Part shown: positions 49,331-63,290 of the stretch, piece by piece
How positions within the stretch are numbered: the stretch's first letter is position 1
Layout: every line of letters starts with the position of its first letter
Assembly: GCA_013265495.1 (NCBI GenBank)
Contig: MU058584.1
Span: 6,972,407 to 7,036,406 of the forward strand
Origin: Vicugna vicugna
Lineage: Eukaryota
Direction of reading: 5' to 3'
DNA length: 64,000 bases
Notes under the pieces: generated by a model
Told to the model about the DNA's origin: nothing
Databases searched by the model: none
The model's input: only the letters and a program-made list of their open reading frames with translations
Made by a program: the position numbers and the translations under genes

Positions 49331-51474
49331 TAAGCCGTCAAACTGCCTCTCTGTTCCTTGTAGTTTTATGAGCTCTAGTAACTAAGATGCAGCATTATTA
49401 ACCTAGTTTTTGTTTTGCTTTATCCGGTATAGAAACATTGTTGCATGTGAAGGTTAACGTGTTGCGATATGTAAAAAAAACATTGTTTATAGCTGCTTTG
49501 GGGATGGGATAGAAGCTAATTTTTGTGCCCTTTTCCTATATAAAGGCCAGTTGAGCAAGACCCTAACTCTGTAATAAGACACAATTTTTAAATTTTGATT
49601 TCTGCCCTGTCTTTCCTCATCTGTAAAATGGAGATAACAGTACCAGCAATCCAACAGGCTTGCTGTAGGATTACGAAGACAGCGTATGTAAAAGGCTTAT
49701 TACTGTGCTCAGTACATGGTAAAAGGTCAGCTAGTCGTGCAAGGAGAATGACAACACTGCTAGAAGAAAATACTCTCCTCCAAGCAGAAGGTAATCTGAA
49801 TATTTTTAGAATGGAGTATACATTCTTTGGGAACTTAAGAAGTGGTTCTTCTTTTCTTTTTTTAGGCTTTTAGACCTAAATATCTTTTAAAAAAGAAAAA
49901 AAAAAGCATATCCTGGATTTTGTTTCTTAAAGAGTTCGTCATGCTCTAGTCAGTACCCCTGGGACCAGTGTATTATGCATAGTGAAAATACAGAAGTTCC
50001 GGCTCATTCCAACCTCTGTGTCCCCTCAGTCTCTACTCCATCCCACAGTACATACTGGTGAAATGTCTTTGAGGATTATATTATGTCCCCCTTTCCCTCC
50101 TAGTGATTGCCTCCCGTCCCCAGGCTCCCACCCCCAAACACCACTTTAGTTTTGTAAGTCAGTTGAGTAATTTGTGTTTCAGAGGCTATTTATGCCATAT
50201 TTGTGTAAGTCAAGGATGGATCATTGATAAAATGTTGACACAGATTGGTTCAGAACCCTATTCTTAATGAGAAGGAGATGTAAAAGTTATGTCTGGTTGA
50301 GTTATGACTAATACTTTAAGTGAGACTTGTCACCTTTGAATAGGGTAACACAGTGAAAGCTTATCTCAGTCTGTGTTAACTGTTGCTTAGAAGTCTTGAG
50401 AATTAGTAAGTTAGTTTTGAGTCATACATTTAAACATTCTCCATAATGCCATTGATGAAATCAGTCAGGATATCTTTTTGGGTAAAGTATTCTCCAGAGG
50501 GCTAAATAAAAACTGACCTTTTGGGCAGTTATATTTCTAGTCATTATCTTGCTCTAGGTTGACAGAATGCATGTCAAGTTTTGGTGGGCCTGTGTGTGTA
50601 CATATTTGCTGGAAAATCAGATCAAACAAGGGCTGTTACTGAGTTTCAGCAGTTGTCTAGTTAGCAAACAAAAACTTTTATGTGGTTAGCATATACCTAG
50701 AGTTGAGCACAGGCTAGCAGTGGAGTTATTATGTCAGTGTACTGTAATGTACTCACCCTCATATGGTGCTAGTAGGTGCTCTACGTTTAACAGAGATAGG
50801 CCATAATCAGCATTTGTGGGCACATCTAGTATTTAAAAAACACTGTTGTGTATCATTTACATAATGTACTATCCAGTAGTTTTCTATTTTCTTAGCTGTG
50901 TTCTAATATTAGTCTGTTTGCTTTTACTAGACTGTTTCCATGTCCTTATCACTTCGTACAGTGGTTAGCTATACCTAGAGTTTATTATGTATGTATGAAT
51001 GAAATTAGGAACCACAAAGAATAGACCCACAATTAAGAGTCAACTGACAAATATCTTAGTGGAGCAAAAGAATAGGTATCATTTTTCCTCTTTCTTTATC
51101 TAATAAAATAGTATCAGATGCTTTCAAATAGTTTGTGTACCATGCATTGTGAGATTCATTTGCATCAGATTATGCTTCTTAATTTTTAGGTTTATTCAAC
51201 AAACATTAAAGATTCTTTTAATTTTGTAAGGCCTAGTGCATCAGGAAAGTGGCTTTTGGTTCCTACTGCCAAGATGTTCGCAGTCTTAAGGATTAATATT
51301 AAAAGTCATAGTGTAATCTTTAGATTCATACCAAAAGTTAAAGGTAGCAAGCAGGTAATGGAAGTTTGCAGCAGAAAATCCAAATATAATTGTTTATAGT
51401 ATAGATCAGGAGCCCAGTTGATTACAAATAAAGGCATGTGGCCAGAAGAGACTAAGAGTAATTTTTCCCCCATT

Positions 51475-51497
51475 TGTGTGTGTGTGTGTGTGTGTGT
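51475..51497. repeat. (TG)n microsatellite at the tail of an L1 fragment
   Basis: Direct reading of the sequence. Confidence 0.9.
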
Positions 51498-51498
51498 C

Positions 51499-51670
51499 TT
51501 TTATTGAAGTATAGTTAGTTTACATGTGTCAATTCCTGGTGTACAGCACAATGCTTCAGTCATACATGAACATACATATATTCGTTTTCATATTCTTTTT
51601 CATCGTAAGTTACTACAAGATTATCGAATATAGTTTCCTGCACTATATATAGCATGAACTTGTTGTTTAT
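51499..51670 (-). mobile_element. 5'-truncated artiodactyl-type L1 3' end
   Basis: TTTTATTGAAGTATAGTTAGTTTACA..GGTGTACAGCACAATG..TTACTACAAGA..AATATAGTTTCCTGCACTATA; flanking repeat GAGTAATT. Confidence 0.75.
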
Positions 51671-54600
51671 GAGTAATTGTAATTATTAGTATTTTGTAAG
51701 CACTTACCATGCCAGGCACTGAGCTGATAACATTTTGTGGATTATCTCTCATTCCATATAGTAAGCCTAGGAAGTGGATTATTTTATTCCCATTACACAA
51801 CTAGAAGATTGGAATGTAAAGAGATTTAGTAATTTGTTCAAAGTTACTAGCTAGGGAGATTAGAATCATTGACCCAGAGCTTGAGTGTTTGACTTCTGTG
51901 TAATACATGGATTACCCAGTGGCCAGTGTTTCCCAGGCTTAAGTCAGTCACAATTTTTGCTTTATTTTCAAACCATCTATCAATATTTTTTTAAATTCAG
52001 TGTATTGTCTTTTATTTAATTAAGTTAATTTAAAAGGAAAATTTACATGATTACTGGTGTTACAGTCCTCCCCTTCCATGTGTCTCAAAATAAACATGTA
52101 ATTTTCAATATTCCTCCATGGGCCACTTAAAATCATTTAATATACCATCAGTAGTCATTTTTATCCCTTTTGGGACATAACTGCTGTAAGAAATGAATAC
52201 TGGTTTGGATCAGGCAACAGTTGGAATTAATGAAGACCAGAAGTGTTGAAAGCCTAGAAATGGGATAAATTCATCAAACGGGAAATAGCAGCATTATAGG
52301 AGTAGAGATATAAATTGGAACCTTAACTGCATATTAGGGACAACCGTTTCCATGATGAACTGCAACATGGAGTGGGTTTATTTAGACAGAAATGTAACAG
52401 GATGTCTGAGACACTGTATGACAGGAGAAGGAGAACAAGAATGAATAACTGAAGAAAAGTCATTACAGAAATAAGGGTGGAAGAGAATAATAAAAAAATA
52501 GGATTATTAGAGCCAAAAGTAGCAGAGTTCAGAAAAATATGTGCGAAATGGCTCTTGTGGATTTGGCTTGAGCAAACCTTGGTGACCCTAAGAAACTTTA
52601 GGTCAAGTAATGAGGGTGAAAGTTTCATTCAGCAGGGAGGAATAAGTAGTGAGACCTCTTGATTTTTTAGGTGTGTTGAATACTCAAAATCAGCTATGGA
52701 CTAGGAGTTTAAAAACTTAGGTTTAGTCCCTTTGTCATTTTGTGCCTGCTGTTAAACTTTGGGAGTAAATGACTTTTCTTCACATTTTGGGTACACTGCA
52801 TTCATCTGTGCAGTAAGGGTAATACCCGTTTTCCCTGTCTTAGAGGAGTGTTACGATGATCACATTGTGTTTCCTGTTTTTTTAATTTAATATTTGATGT
52901 CACATGGGTCTTAACCACATTTAAAACAGAAAAGAGAACAATGAGAAGTAGAAAGTTAAAGGTAAAGGGAGGACAAGTTCCTGATGAGATTGTAAGATCC
53001 CCTCATGGATGCACTTGTAGTTTAGAGAATGGGTGCCTAGGGAAGCTAATAACTGATCTTCCTCCATCCTCCTTTCCTAATGAATAATCTGAAAGTGCAG
53101 GGCTGCTGTATACTGTTGTACCATCTGTGTGCTGCACAAAGATGCCAGGCTGAAGGAGGCAACAAGGACTGAAATCCAGCCCATGCTCTGCTTGCGGAGT
53201 CCTGTGCCCTGCCTGGTTAAGGCTTCCTGGGGGGAGGTTGCACCTGCACCTCGCCTCTCCCTCCCAAGGCATCAGCCCTCTCCCCAAGGAGTGCCTGTGT
53301 TTTCCCAGAGGGTATGTTTTTTCTATTTGCGTAAAGACCCTGTGGAGGCCTGTGGATGCTCCGGAAGGCTCCTTGAGGAGACATATTAAGGACACGTGTA
53401 GAACAACATCAAAAACAATTGGGAGGCTGGAGAAATGGTCACTAGGAACAAAAAACTTAGAACTTATTGGCAAATGGGTTAAGTTTTAAGTTTGGACAAG
53501 TAGAAAATTCCAGTTTGCCCATTGCATTTTAAAGATGTGCATTGTAGCTTATTAAATATTTCCAATAATTGGGAAACAGTATAAATACAGCATACGGATT
53601 GTCAACTTTCAAAGAGGAAAGAATATACCAATAAAACTATCCTTAACACAATTTAATCTTCAAAAAACCAGTTTGTAATTTTTCAGTTCCAATTACAATT
53701 TGTGTTTTTTTGCAATGACTATTGTCTCTTGATCTGTATTTTTAAATAACTAATGTTAGGTTTAAGTTTTGCAGATCTTAATTGAAGAACACAAAATGAA
53801 GAATTACTTCTGAAGGAACAGATAAAGGAATTTTATTTTAAAAACAGGGAAAAGATTATATTGAAATGAGGCTTTTGACAGAGGTGGAAGGTTGATTATA
53901 TTGCTATATGAGTGTTAAAATTTAGATGATGAAAAGTTGTATTTTTTTGGTGTACAGTTCTATAAGTTTTAATATGTGTGGTTTCGTGTAGCCCACACCA
54001 CAATTAAGATACAGAAAGTGGAAAGATGAAATATCTCCCAACTGTAGAGTCAGAGTCCTCTGATATTTTGGAGACAAAGAAACTCCTGCTGAAGAAAGAA
54101 CTATTTAGTAAGGATTAAAAAGTCAAGAATAGCCTTTATGTGCTGATTGCTTGATTTCCTGGCCAGAAAATAAAATATTTTGATTGTATACTTATATTTA
54201 TGACAAATTTGAAAACATGGAAAAAATGAAAGTAGGGGAAAGAGATGAGTAGGTTTACATGTCTCAAGACAGGACATTTTAATGACAGAGGAATAGAGCC
54301 TGTGCTTGGTGGGGAGGCATGCTGACCAATTCTCAACACTGAAGAATTTTAAACTTAAAATTCCAACCCTCAAAGGCAGCCTTTTAGTTATATGAAAAGT
54401 TTAGAATAATTCATGATATTGGATGAGCATCTTAAAGAGAATGATTCTCTTTTTTCTCCCATAGTATCCAACATACTTTCCTTGCAGAAAAGAAAGTTGA
54501 CTGAGAAATATGTGTATGCTTTATTTTTTATTTGCTGTATATGTTTTGAAAATATTATTGCCATTTATTAAGCTATTATTAAGCGTCAGACACCATCTAT

Positions 54601-56135
54601 GAGCTTTATGCACACTTAAATCTCACAACAGGCTGAGAAGATACTTTAGCCCACAGATGAGGAAATAAAAATTCAGAATTAATTTAATGACTATGGGAAT
54701 ACTTGTGCCATAATATACATAGACAATTACTCTATAAAAACATCTAGCCTACTAAATGTTAGAGCTGGAATTTAAACTGATCCACTTTAAGAGAAGTAAT
54801 TGTGTAATATGAACAGTTTTTAAATATTACATATTGTCAAAAAGAGTACTCTGGCAGTCACCTCATCAAGTAAATGAGTATCTACACAGCTTTGCTTTGC
54901 TAGAACAGTAATTTATAGTACAGAAGATTTGATAGCTACCTTTCTTTTCTGATGGTTAAGGCTTTCTTGGCCCCAGAAACTTAATTCGCATGGTTTGATC
55001 TAAGAACAGCCTGAGCCCTTCTACCATTTTTATTAAAACTCCAACAGATGTATTTATATCACACTTTGTTTTTTAAAGTGATGATTTTTAATGCTTTTGC
55101 TGTAGTACTATTTGTAGTAGAGGCATTCAACATATGGTGGTATTCTTAGCTTAATATAGTGGCAAATGTGATCTTAAAAATATTGGATGTCACTCTGACT
55201 TCAGAATTACTAAGTGATTATAACTATTGGAGATGGAAGTGACCTTAGAAGTTTGACCAGTTCAACCTCTCACTCAAAGCAAAAATTACCTTTTAAGATA
55301 CTTCTGATAAAGGCTTATCTTGCTTTTGCTTGTATGTACCTGGTGTCCAGGAGGACACAGTAGTCAACCTTTAACAATCATATTTTAAGATCTTCTAAAT
55401 TTCCAAATATTTGAATACCACAATAGCATTCAAACTTCACTTTCTGTTGGCTTCCATCATTTGCACTAGCTAGGTTTTGGCTTTTTTTGCAGAAGTCTGC
55501 GCCCCCCCTCCCCCAGGAGACAGTTAATATATCTTCACAAGAGTTCTTGTATCTAAGAAACAAAACAAACTGGGGATGGAACAGTAGGAGATGTAGGAAG
55601 CACCCTTCTATCACATATCACGTGGCATTGCATGCAAATTTTTTTGCCTCAGTAAAATTACAAATCATTTCACAGCATTTTGCATTGCTTGACAAAGGGT
55701 GAAAAGTAGAGAATACTATGAGTCTAAGATAACTTGTTTCCACCTATCATAAACTGAACAGTTAGAAAATGTTTCCTTTGTATACAGTTTAGTTTGTTTT
55801 TTAAAAGCCCAGAATTGAGCATAATACTCTGAAGAATGTGATAAACACAAAATTCAGTGAAACTGTTAATAATTCCAGATTTGTGCATTAGATTTCTATT
55901 AAAGTAGCGATTTTATAAAGCAGTATTGTCACAGTAGCTGTCCCCTGACAGACTATTTGATATGAACAGGCTGGGTCTGTATTATGTATTTATGAAATTC
56001 AGTTCTTTAACTATGACTATTTAACTATTATTAAATCCAGTTTAATTCTGCCCAGCATTCTAAGACCTTTTCAAATCTTAAGAAAGTCATAGAATGCATT
56101 GTTACTCCTTCGGATGTATGTATCATATGTGGTGT

Positions 56136-56138
<3 letters not shown>

Positions 56139-56166
<28 letters not shown>
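56139..56166. repeat. (GA)n microsatellite
   Basis: Direct reading of the sequence. Confidence 0.9.
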
Positions 56167-56459
56167 CAAGTCAACTTATTTACAAACCAGAAATAGACTC
56201 ACAGACATAGAAAACAAAGTTTGGTTACCAAAGCGGGGTGGTGGGCAGGGGCAGGTAATTAGGAGTTTGGGATTAACATATACACACTAGATAAACAACG
56301 AGGTCCTACTGGATAGCACAGGAAACTGTACTCAATATCTTGTAATAACCTATTAATGGAAAAGAATATTTGGAAGTATATATGTATAAGTCACTTTGCT
56401 GTACACCTGAAACTAACACAACATTGTAAATAAACTATACTTCAATTAAAAAAGAAAAA
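56166..56459 (+). mobile_element. Artiodactyl-type L1 3' end
   Basis: AACTTATTTACAAACCAGAAATAGACTCACAGACATAGAAAACAAA..GGAGTTTGGGATTAACA..ACTATACTTCAATTAAAAAAG. Confidence 0.8.
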
Positions 56460-56744
56460 GGGAGGATCTAATGTATTCATTTTACAGGTCACATTACTTC
56501 ATATTGACCACATTCTTTGAATATAAAATAATTTTCAACCTCAGATATTCTATGATTGTCGTTTGCCTTGTATTTATTTAAGGAGGAGTGTGTAAAGGCT
56601 AGTACTTTAATTTACTAAATGTGTTTAAAAAGTAACACTTTTTAGAAAGGTTATATTTTGAATGCTGATTGACCTGAAACTCAGGATTGTGCTGAATGTC
56701 TTGACTTTCTAGTTTTAAATGGAAAATTTAGTTAAAATTTGAGT

Positions 56745-57070
56745 GATACAATGGAAATTTATTTATCACCGTTCTGGAGGCTTGGAAGCCCAGGAACAGG
56801 GTGCCAGAGTAGTCGGGGTCTGGTGAGGTCTCCCTTCCTGGCTTGCACATGACTGGCTGCCTTTTAGCTGAGTCCTCACTTTTCAGAGAGAGAGCTCTGG
56901 TGTCTCTTCCTCTTACAAGAGTAGTAATCCCATTATGCGGCCACACCCTCATCACCTCGCCTAAACCGGATTATCCCCCCAAAGCCCTCTCCCCAAATAT
57001 CTATCACATTGGTAGTTCGGGCTTTAACATGTGAATGGCGGGGAGGGGACACACACAATTAAGTTCGTCA
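56745..57070 (-). mobile_element. MaLR LTR (MLT1A-like)
   Basis: AAATTTATTTATCACCGTTCTGGAGGCTTGGAAGCCCAGGAACAGGGTGCCAG..TCTGGTGTCTCTTCCTCTTACAAG..CACCCTCATCACCTC. Confidence 0.8.
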
Positions 57071-59365
57071 CCCCACCCCTGCCTTTACAGTCTATAGTGC
57101 ATTGATTCTGATGCTTTTTATATTATTATACTTCAAAATGATGTTTTTACAACAGATGGAATACATTTGTTAATTGAGATATTACTGTTTAGTTGCTTTA
57201 ATTTTTTATCCTTGATATTTTACTCCATATTGTAACAGTAAGTTTTGATAAAGAAACTTGAATCTTTTTAAAGTCTCTTGGCCTCAAGTGACATGTTACT
57301 GTATTTTTTTAAGGTTTGATGCTTATCTGACCTGTAAAGAGCATTTAATTCTGGTTTTCTTATGGTGCGGTTACCTTGGGTACAGGCTTTGGCATCAAGC
57401 CTGAGTTTAATCGTGGCCCCATCACTTCCTAGCCTTATCAGTTTCACTCCTCTAAAGCTGTTTCTTCATTAGTAAGTTTTAGTGACTTGGGCTTTGAGAT
57501 CTTATTCCACAACCTGATATTTTTACACTATACTACATGTCTAGAGCTCAGATTTAAAATAAAAATTTGGCTTCAAGAGACCTTGCTAAATTAGAATGTG
57601 TAGAACTTGGATCCTTCTTTATGTTAGAAGTGGGAAAAATGAGTATCAAAGATTACTCAAGGTTTTAAATGAGAGTTGGGGGAAAATGGTTATGGTGAGG
57701 TTGAGCAGAACATGTTTGGGGAAACAAGCTTTTTTCTTTTTTTACTTTTCTTTTGAGGGGGGTGAGGAAGAACAATCTTAATCTCACAGAAACATTGTAA
57801 AACTGGCACGAAGAATTTCCGTCTTCATCCATATTCCGATTGTTAATAGCTTGTTGTATTTGCTTTACCATTCTCTGTGTGTACATGTACCCGTGCACAG
57901 TCACATATACGATGTGTGCCTGGTGTTTAACGTCTGCTGTCTAAACCCTGTCATCAGCTGTAATCTTAAAATTCAAATCACAAGCTCCTATGCCTCCACT
58001 TTTCTCACTCAGTACATTTTCTCCTGTTGTTTTTATTAAATGAACAAAACAATCCATAGTAAGCTTGACTCAGCGAACATTCAGTAATCACTATTGTTAG
58101 AGCCTTTGTTCAACCATATTGAAATTTCCAGTTCCTTCCCCTCTCCTCCTATTCACTTCCAACTTCTCTTACTTCATTCCCGGGCTTAGACTTCATGAAA
58201 TGTTAACTCTAAGCGTTTTCCTGGCAATATTCTCGTCTCCCTTGCTTTTCTTTACGCCGATCTGGACCAACTTTAATTCCTTACTCAATTCAGCTGCTGT
58301 GTGCCTGCCACTACTCCCTGCTCCTAGATGCGCTGCTGGGCATTGTTGGGAGTCTTCAAACTGCACAGACTTGGGAATACTATGTATTCCTGGGCTACAG
58401 CTTCTGCTGAGGTGTCAGTGCCTTATTTTCCTGGTTGACTGTCTTTCCCCCAGTTCTTTGCATATCTTTTCCAGCCATCTCAAATTTCCAAACAGAGATC
58501 TGCACTCAGTTGATGAGGACAGCGTGTCTCTCACTTGTTCCTGGTGGTGCCTGACAATATAGGAGGCACTGGAAAAGTATTTGTACGAGTGAATGGGGGA
58601 ATTAAGCATTTCAAGTTTGTAGTTCTGTCAAGAAATTTAAGTGAAGATTTTTTGTTCTATGGGCAATTGAAAATGTATGTCTGAAGATTGTAGCTTGAAG
58701 GAAAGTTTGGGAATTACCCTTACTGAAGCAGCAGAGGATGAGATGGCCAAAGAGGAAAAGGCACGTAGAGGAGAGACTGCAGAAGGAGTTAACATTTGTG
58801 TAGAGGGACAGAGAAAAAATGAGACATGTCAGAGTCACAGAAACCAAAGGAAATGGCTTACACATTAACTTTTTGTATTTGTGTGTCATACTCAACTATC
58901 ATTAATTAATAGTAGATATTCTTCCTTTATTTGTTATGTAGAACATTTGTTGAATGTGTCCAGCATCCTCCTTAGGAAATAGTTTCAGTTTCTTTTTAAT
59001 GTTAACTATTTAAATGAGTGGGGCATTGTGCTGTATTTCCCTGAGGAACTAAGTGATCACCATAAGAATAAAGAGGCAAAGAGAGCTTGGCTGCTTAGAA
59101 GCATATTGAGGCCAGAAAGATTATGATTCTGTCATTTAATTAAATTTAGCAAATTGGTGATTTGCAAAAGTATAAGTTTTTTTTCAAATAAACTAGATTT
59201 TAAATATCACTTAAATTGTTTTCAGTATCAAATACTTTTGAGTCCTTTTTTAGTGGTAAATGAGTGACCTTAGAATCTTACAATTTTCCGCTGAAGGAAT
59301 TCCACTGAAGGAATTTTAGAGGTGGTGGCTGATCTCTTGATGTGGAAACCCTTTACAGTTCCCCG

Positions 59366-59366
<1 letters not shown>

Positions 59367-59396
<30 letters not shown>
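59367..59396. repeat. (CA)n microsatellite
   Basis: Direct reading of the sequence. Confidence 0.9.
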
Positions 59397-59398
<2 letters not shown>

Positions 59399-60339
59399 TT
59401 TTCAGTCTACAATACCTATCCTTTCATGAAATCCATTTTTTTGTTACCACTGTTCAGTCATTCTTTCATTTCAAAAAGTTGATGTTTATATTACGATAAA
59501 CCATTGCCTTCCAAATTTCCCTTAGACCTTTTGGAAACAATCTGTTTGCTTTAAAAATACTGACTTTTTTCTCCATTTCTTCCTTTCTTTCATCTTAACC
59601 TTTTTTCTTCCCAAAAGAAGTAATATATATTCATTATTCAGAATCTGGGGAGTACAGGTGCATGTGTTTTACTACATCCAATTTCAATGGGAAAAAAAAA
59701 TGCTAGTTTCTTACCAGCATTGCAGTCATAGAACCTTGCATTTAGAAATATGGTTACTTTCTCTTACCTTAAACAGAGAAAGGAGGTGTGTTATTCAAAA
59801 GGCTTTTGCTTTTGCAGACTGATCCTCAGCCCTTAATGATATAAATGTTTAGGTACATAGTAGGCAGGGCAGTAATATAAAAAATACTCTAAATAATATA
59901 CAAATAACAAAAAGCTTTTCAAAATTAAAAGTGAGCCAAGTAGAAGATATAGTTCCTTTGGTCTCCTCTATCTGTACCATATGTTTTTTTTGAAATCAGA
60001 AGCTCGCAGGTTTGAAGAGAAATGCTCCTATTGAGTTTACTATTTCAAGGGTTTTTTGAATTACTAATTTATGTAAATTGTTCCATTTTGTTTCTTAAGA
60101 TAATGGGTCTGCTGAACGCAGCCATGCATTTACTCAGCAGTTGAGATATTTTTGGATTATTCCCTCCGTTCACTCTTCATGGCATTTACAATAAACTCAA
60201 GGGCAATACTCCTTATCCTAGCCCATGAGGTTCTGCAAAACGAGACTTCCGTGTACTCTTTCTCTCTCGCCTTGTCTCCCTCAGGCATGACCTTTACACT
60301 TGAACATTCTTTTCCCAGATCAAAGTTGTTTTGTTTTCT

Positions 60340-60516
60340 CCATGGTTCCCAATTGTGGCTATACTTCAGAGACACTTGGGGATATTTTCAAAGAATACTA
60401 TTGCCTGACCCAGCCACAGAAATTATGATTTAACTGGTCTGGCATGGGCCCTGGACATATAGTATCATTTAAACCCCTCCTGGATAAATCTGAGTAGCCT
60501 GGGTTGAGAACCACTG
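60340..60516. mobile_element. MER5A-like hAT fossil
   Basis: CATGGTTCCCAA...GGGTTGAGAACCACTG terminal inverted-repeat pattern. Confidence 0.65.
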
Positions 60517-62363
60517 ATTGATTTCCTTAACTCATGTCCCCTTTTCAGAAAATAGAGACCTTCACTGTCGTGTCTGAAGTCTCTTTCCTTTCTTTGCTGT
60601 CCTTTTACCCAGTTAAGTTTTGTTCATTTCCGTATTTTTATTTATTTGTTTATTGTTTGTTAGAAGTTCCATGAAGGCAGAGGGCACCACCTATCTTATC
60701 ATGATATATCCTGACATCTAAAACAACATCTGGCAGGTTTTTTTTTTTCCAAGTTAAGCATTTATTTTTTAAGACTGAGATATAATTCCAAACTATTTCC
60801 TTATTTAAGAATAATTATTTCTGCAGAGCTGCACATTTTAAATACTATCAGTTTCTTTACCAAAAGTATCACTAGTATCACTTGAATATTTTACTTCTGT
60901 ACAAAGATAGAGGCTAAAAAATGAACAGTAGTAGTTTAATAGTATGTTTTCTTTGTTATCCAGAAATGTTTAGCCTAATAGATGTCAGTTCATGACTTAC
61001 ATTTTATAATCCAGGGTTCAGTATAAAATTATAATAATGAAGAGCCTGAATATTATAAAGATATTTAAGATTTAGACAATGGAATAAAAAATTATTCTTA
61101 CAATTTCAAAAATATTGCTGAGTGCTTGTCATTATTTCAGGAAATAAAGATAATATATCCATATTTTAAGTGGAGTTAGAAGACAATGAGAACAGACAAT
61201 TGAGGAATTTAAATTTATTTTCTATCCTCAGAAGTATTATAGGGAGTGAATATTTTTGGCTTAGAGAAAAAGATACAACCTCCTGGGACCACAAGTTTTC
61301 CTTCAAAGAACTGCTTTAAAATCATTTTAGAAATAAGTTGTTATTCATGGATTAACCCAAAGTCTTTCTTCCTTATTTTGCAAAGTGCCTTTCAAAGATA
61401 ATAGGGTGAAATAAGGATCATGATATTGAAATATAAAAAGCAAGTGCATACATGCTGGTAAATTTACCTCTTGGAGATGTAATCACCTTCTTATAACCAA
61501 TGGCAGTTTATTTGTTCTCAACACATTTGTTCCATAAATGTTGTCGAATGAATGTTGTCACTGCAGTAATAAGGGATGTACTCTCAGAAAGCTTGTTGTT
61601 TCAGTGTAACGTATAGAGGATTGCTTTGCTAAATTGTGTTTCAGACAATATGCTAATTGCTCCAGCAAGCTTTAAGAGTTTTCATTAATTGAAGTTTTAG
61701 TATCCAAGGGCAAGCACACACACGAGAGAAGATATGCTGTCCCTTGGAAATAGAGTTATAGACTGTGGGTTAGGTTCCCCATTGCCAGTGCTCGTAAGGA
61801 AGAGGCATTTTTCATTACCTTGCTTGCGAGCACCTTTGATGTTGTAAGGAGGAATAATGACAATGGTGTTATGGTCAGTGAATGTTCACTTCAAGTAGTT
61901 TTGTGTTTGTATTTATAGATTACTTTTCTTATTCTCATTTGTTGCATAAACTACAGGGCAGGTAAGCCAAATGAAACCTAACTCCTCAACTACTTTTTGT
62001 TTACCTGTAGTCTTTGATAATATTCTTGCATATTTTAGACATTTGTAATGCCAGTGAGGATAGATTGTTAAATTCTTTTCTTTTTACTTAACCATATATC
62101 ATACATTTTTGTATTTTTCTGGTCTTGAAACTTTTTTCATTTCAAGTCATTGCTCCTTAAAACATTATATATTATTTTCTATTACTAAATTGAAGAGCAC
62201 TTATTATTTAGATTAAGATATTCCAGCATGTATAACAGAGTCCTTTATGATCAGCAGTGTCTACTGCTGATAATCTGTGGTACGATTTTGTAGACTTTTT
62301 CATACTTGACATGTGTATTGTATTTTTCTTAGTATATATTGTTTTTAAAAATCATGTACTGTA

Positions 62364-62492
62364 TTTTTTGGGGGGGAAGGTATTGAGGTTTTTATTTATG
62401 TATTTATTTTTTTAATGGAGGTACTGGAGTATTGAACCCAGGACCTTGTACATGCTAAGTACATACTCTGCCACTGAGCTGTATCTCCCCCC
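62364..62492 (-). mobile_element. tRNA-derived SINE (camelid Vic-1-like)
   Basis: Reverse complement of the SINE head (GGAGGTACTGGAGTATTGAACCCAGGACC..CCACTGAGCTGTATCTCCCC); TSD TGTACTGTA / TGTGCTGTA. Confidence 0.85.
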
Positions 62493-62529
62493 TGTGCTGT
62501 ACTTTTTTACTTTTATCTTGAATATCTTT

Positions 62530-63290
62530 CTGTACAAATCTCTGTTGTGTCTTTGTAAGTATCTCATACTACACCTGGCTAAAACAGAACTCTTGATTTC
62601 CCCTCTTTCCCCATCTTCCCTAAATCTGGGCCTCCCTGCCTCACTTAATGTCCAGGTTTTCAAGCTCGGGACCCAAAGTGTCCTCGATTCCTCTTTCCTA
62701 GCCTCCTATATCTAGCTGAGCCTTGGCCGCATCATCTTGTGCCTAGGATGTGGCAATCTATGATACCTCCACATTCCACCATTGGCCCCTACAATCCATT
62801 CTCCACATTGTAGCCAGAATGATATTTTTAAAACAAAAGACATGCCTCTGATTAGAATTCAGTGGTTTCCCATTGCTTTGAAGATAAAATTTTAAATCCT
62901 AATAGGCCCACCTCATCCGACCTCCTCTTTGTCTTTCAGTTCTCCCTTACCAGCTTCTGCCTCTCCAGCTTTTGTATTTTTGAACATGACTAGCATATTA
63001 CGCAGGAGGGCCTTTGCATTTGCTTTTCTTTAGGCTTGAAGCTGGCTTCTTCACCTTTGGATCCAAGTTGGAAGCTTTCTCCTCAGAGAGACCTTTAGAG
63101 ATCAGCTAATCTAAGGTAGTTCTACTCTTTCTTACTTTCTCATGTTATTCTGTTTGGTTTTATTTATAGCATCTGTCACCATCTGAAAAGATCTTATTTA
63201 CCTATTATTTGAATAACCAGACTAGAAAGTAAGACCCGTGTATTTATGAGCCACAGAATAGAATGCATAGTAGATGTTCAACAAATGTTT
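62530..63290 (-). mobile_element. L2 LINE remnant
   Basis: AAAACAGAACTCTTGATTTCCC..CTACAATCCATTCTCCACA..GGGCCTTTGCATTTGCT..CATAGTAGATGTTCAACAAATGTTT. Confidence 0.7.

Noticed and set aside
53003..53473. 156-aa minus-strand ORF in the intron
   Set aside because: No recognisable homology or motif and no supporting exon structure.
58119..58562. 147-aa hydrophobic ORF resembling a membrane protein
   Set aside because: TTG start in pyrimidine-rich, L2-like antisense sequence; the Leu/Phe/Ser bias is compositional.
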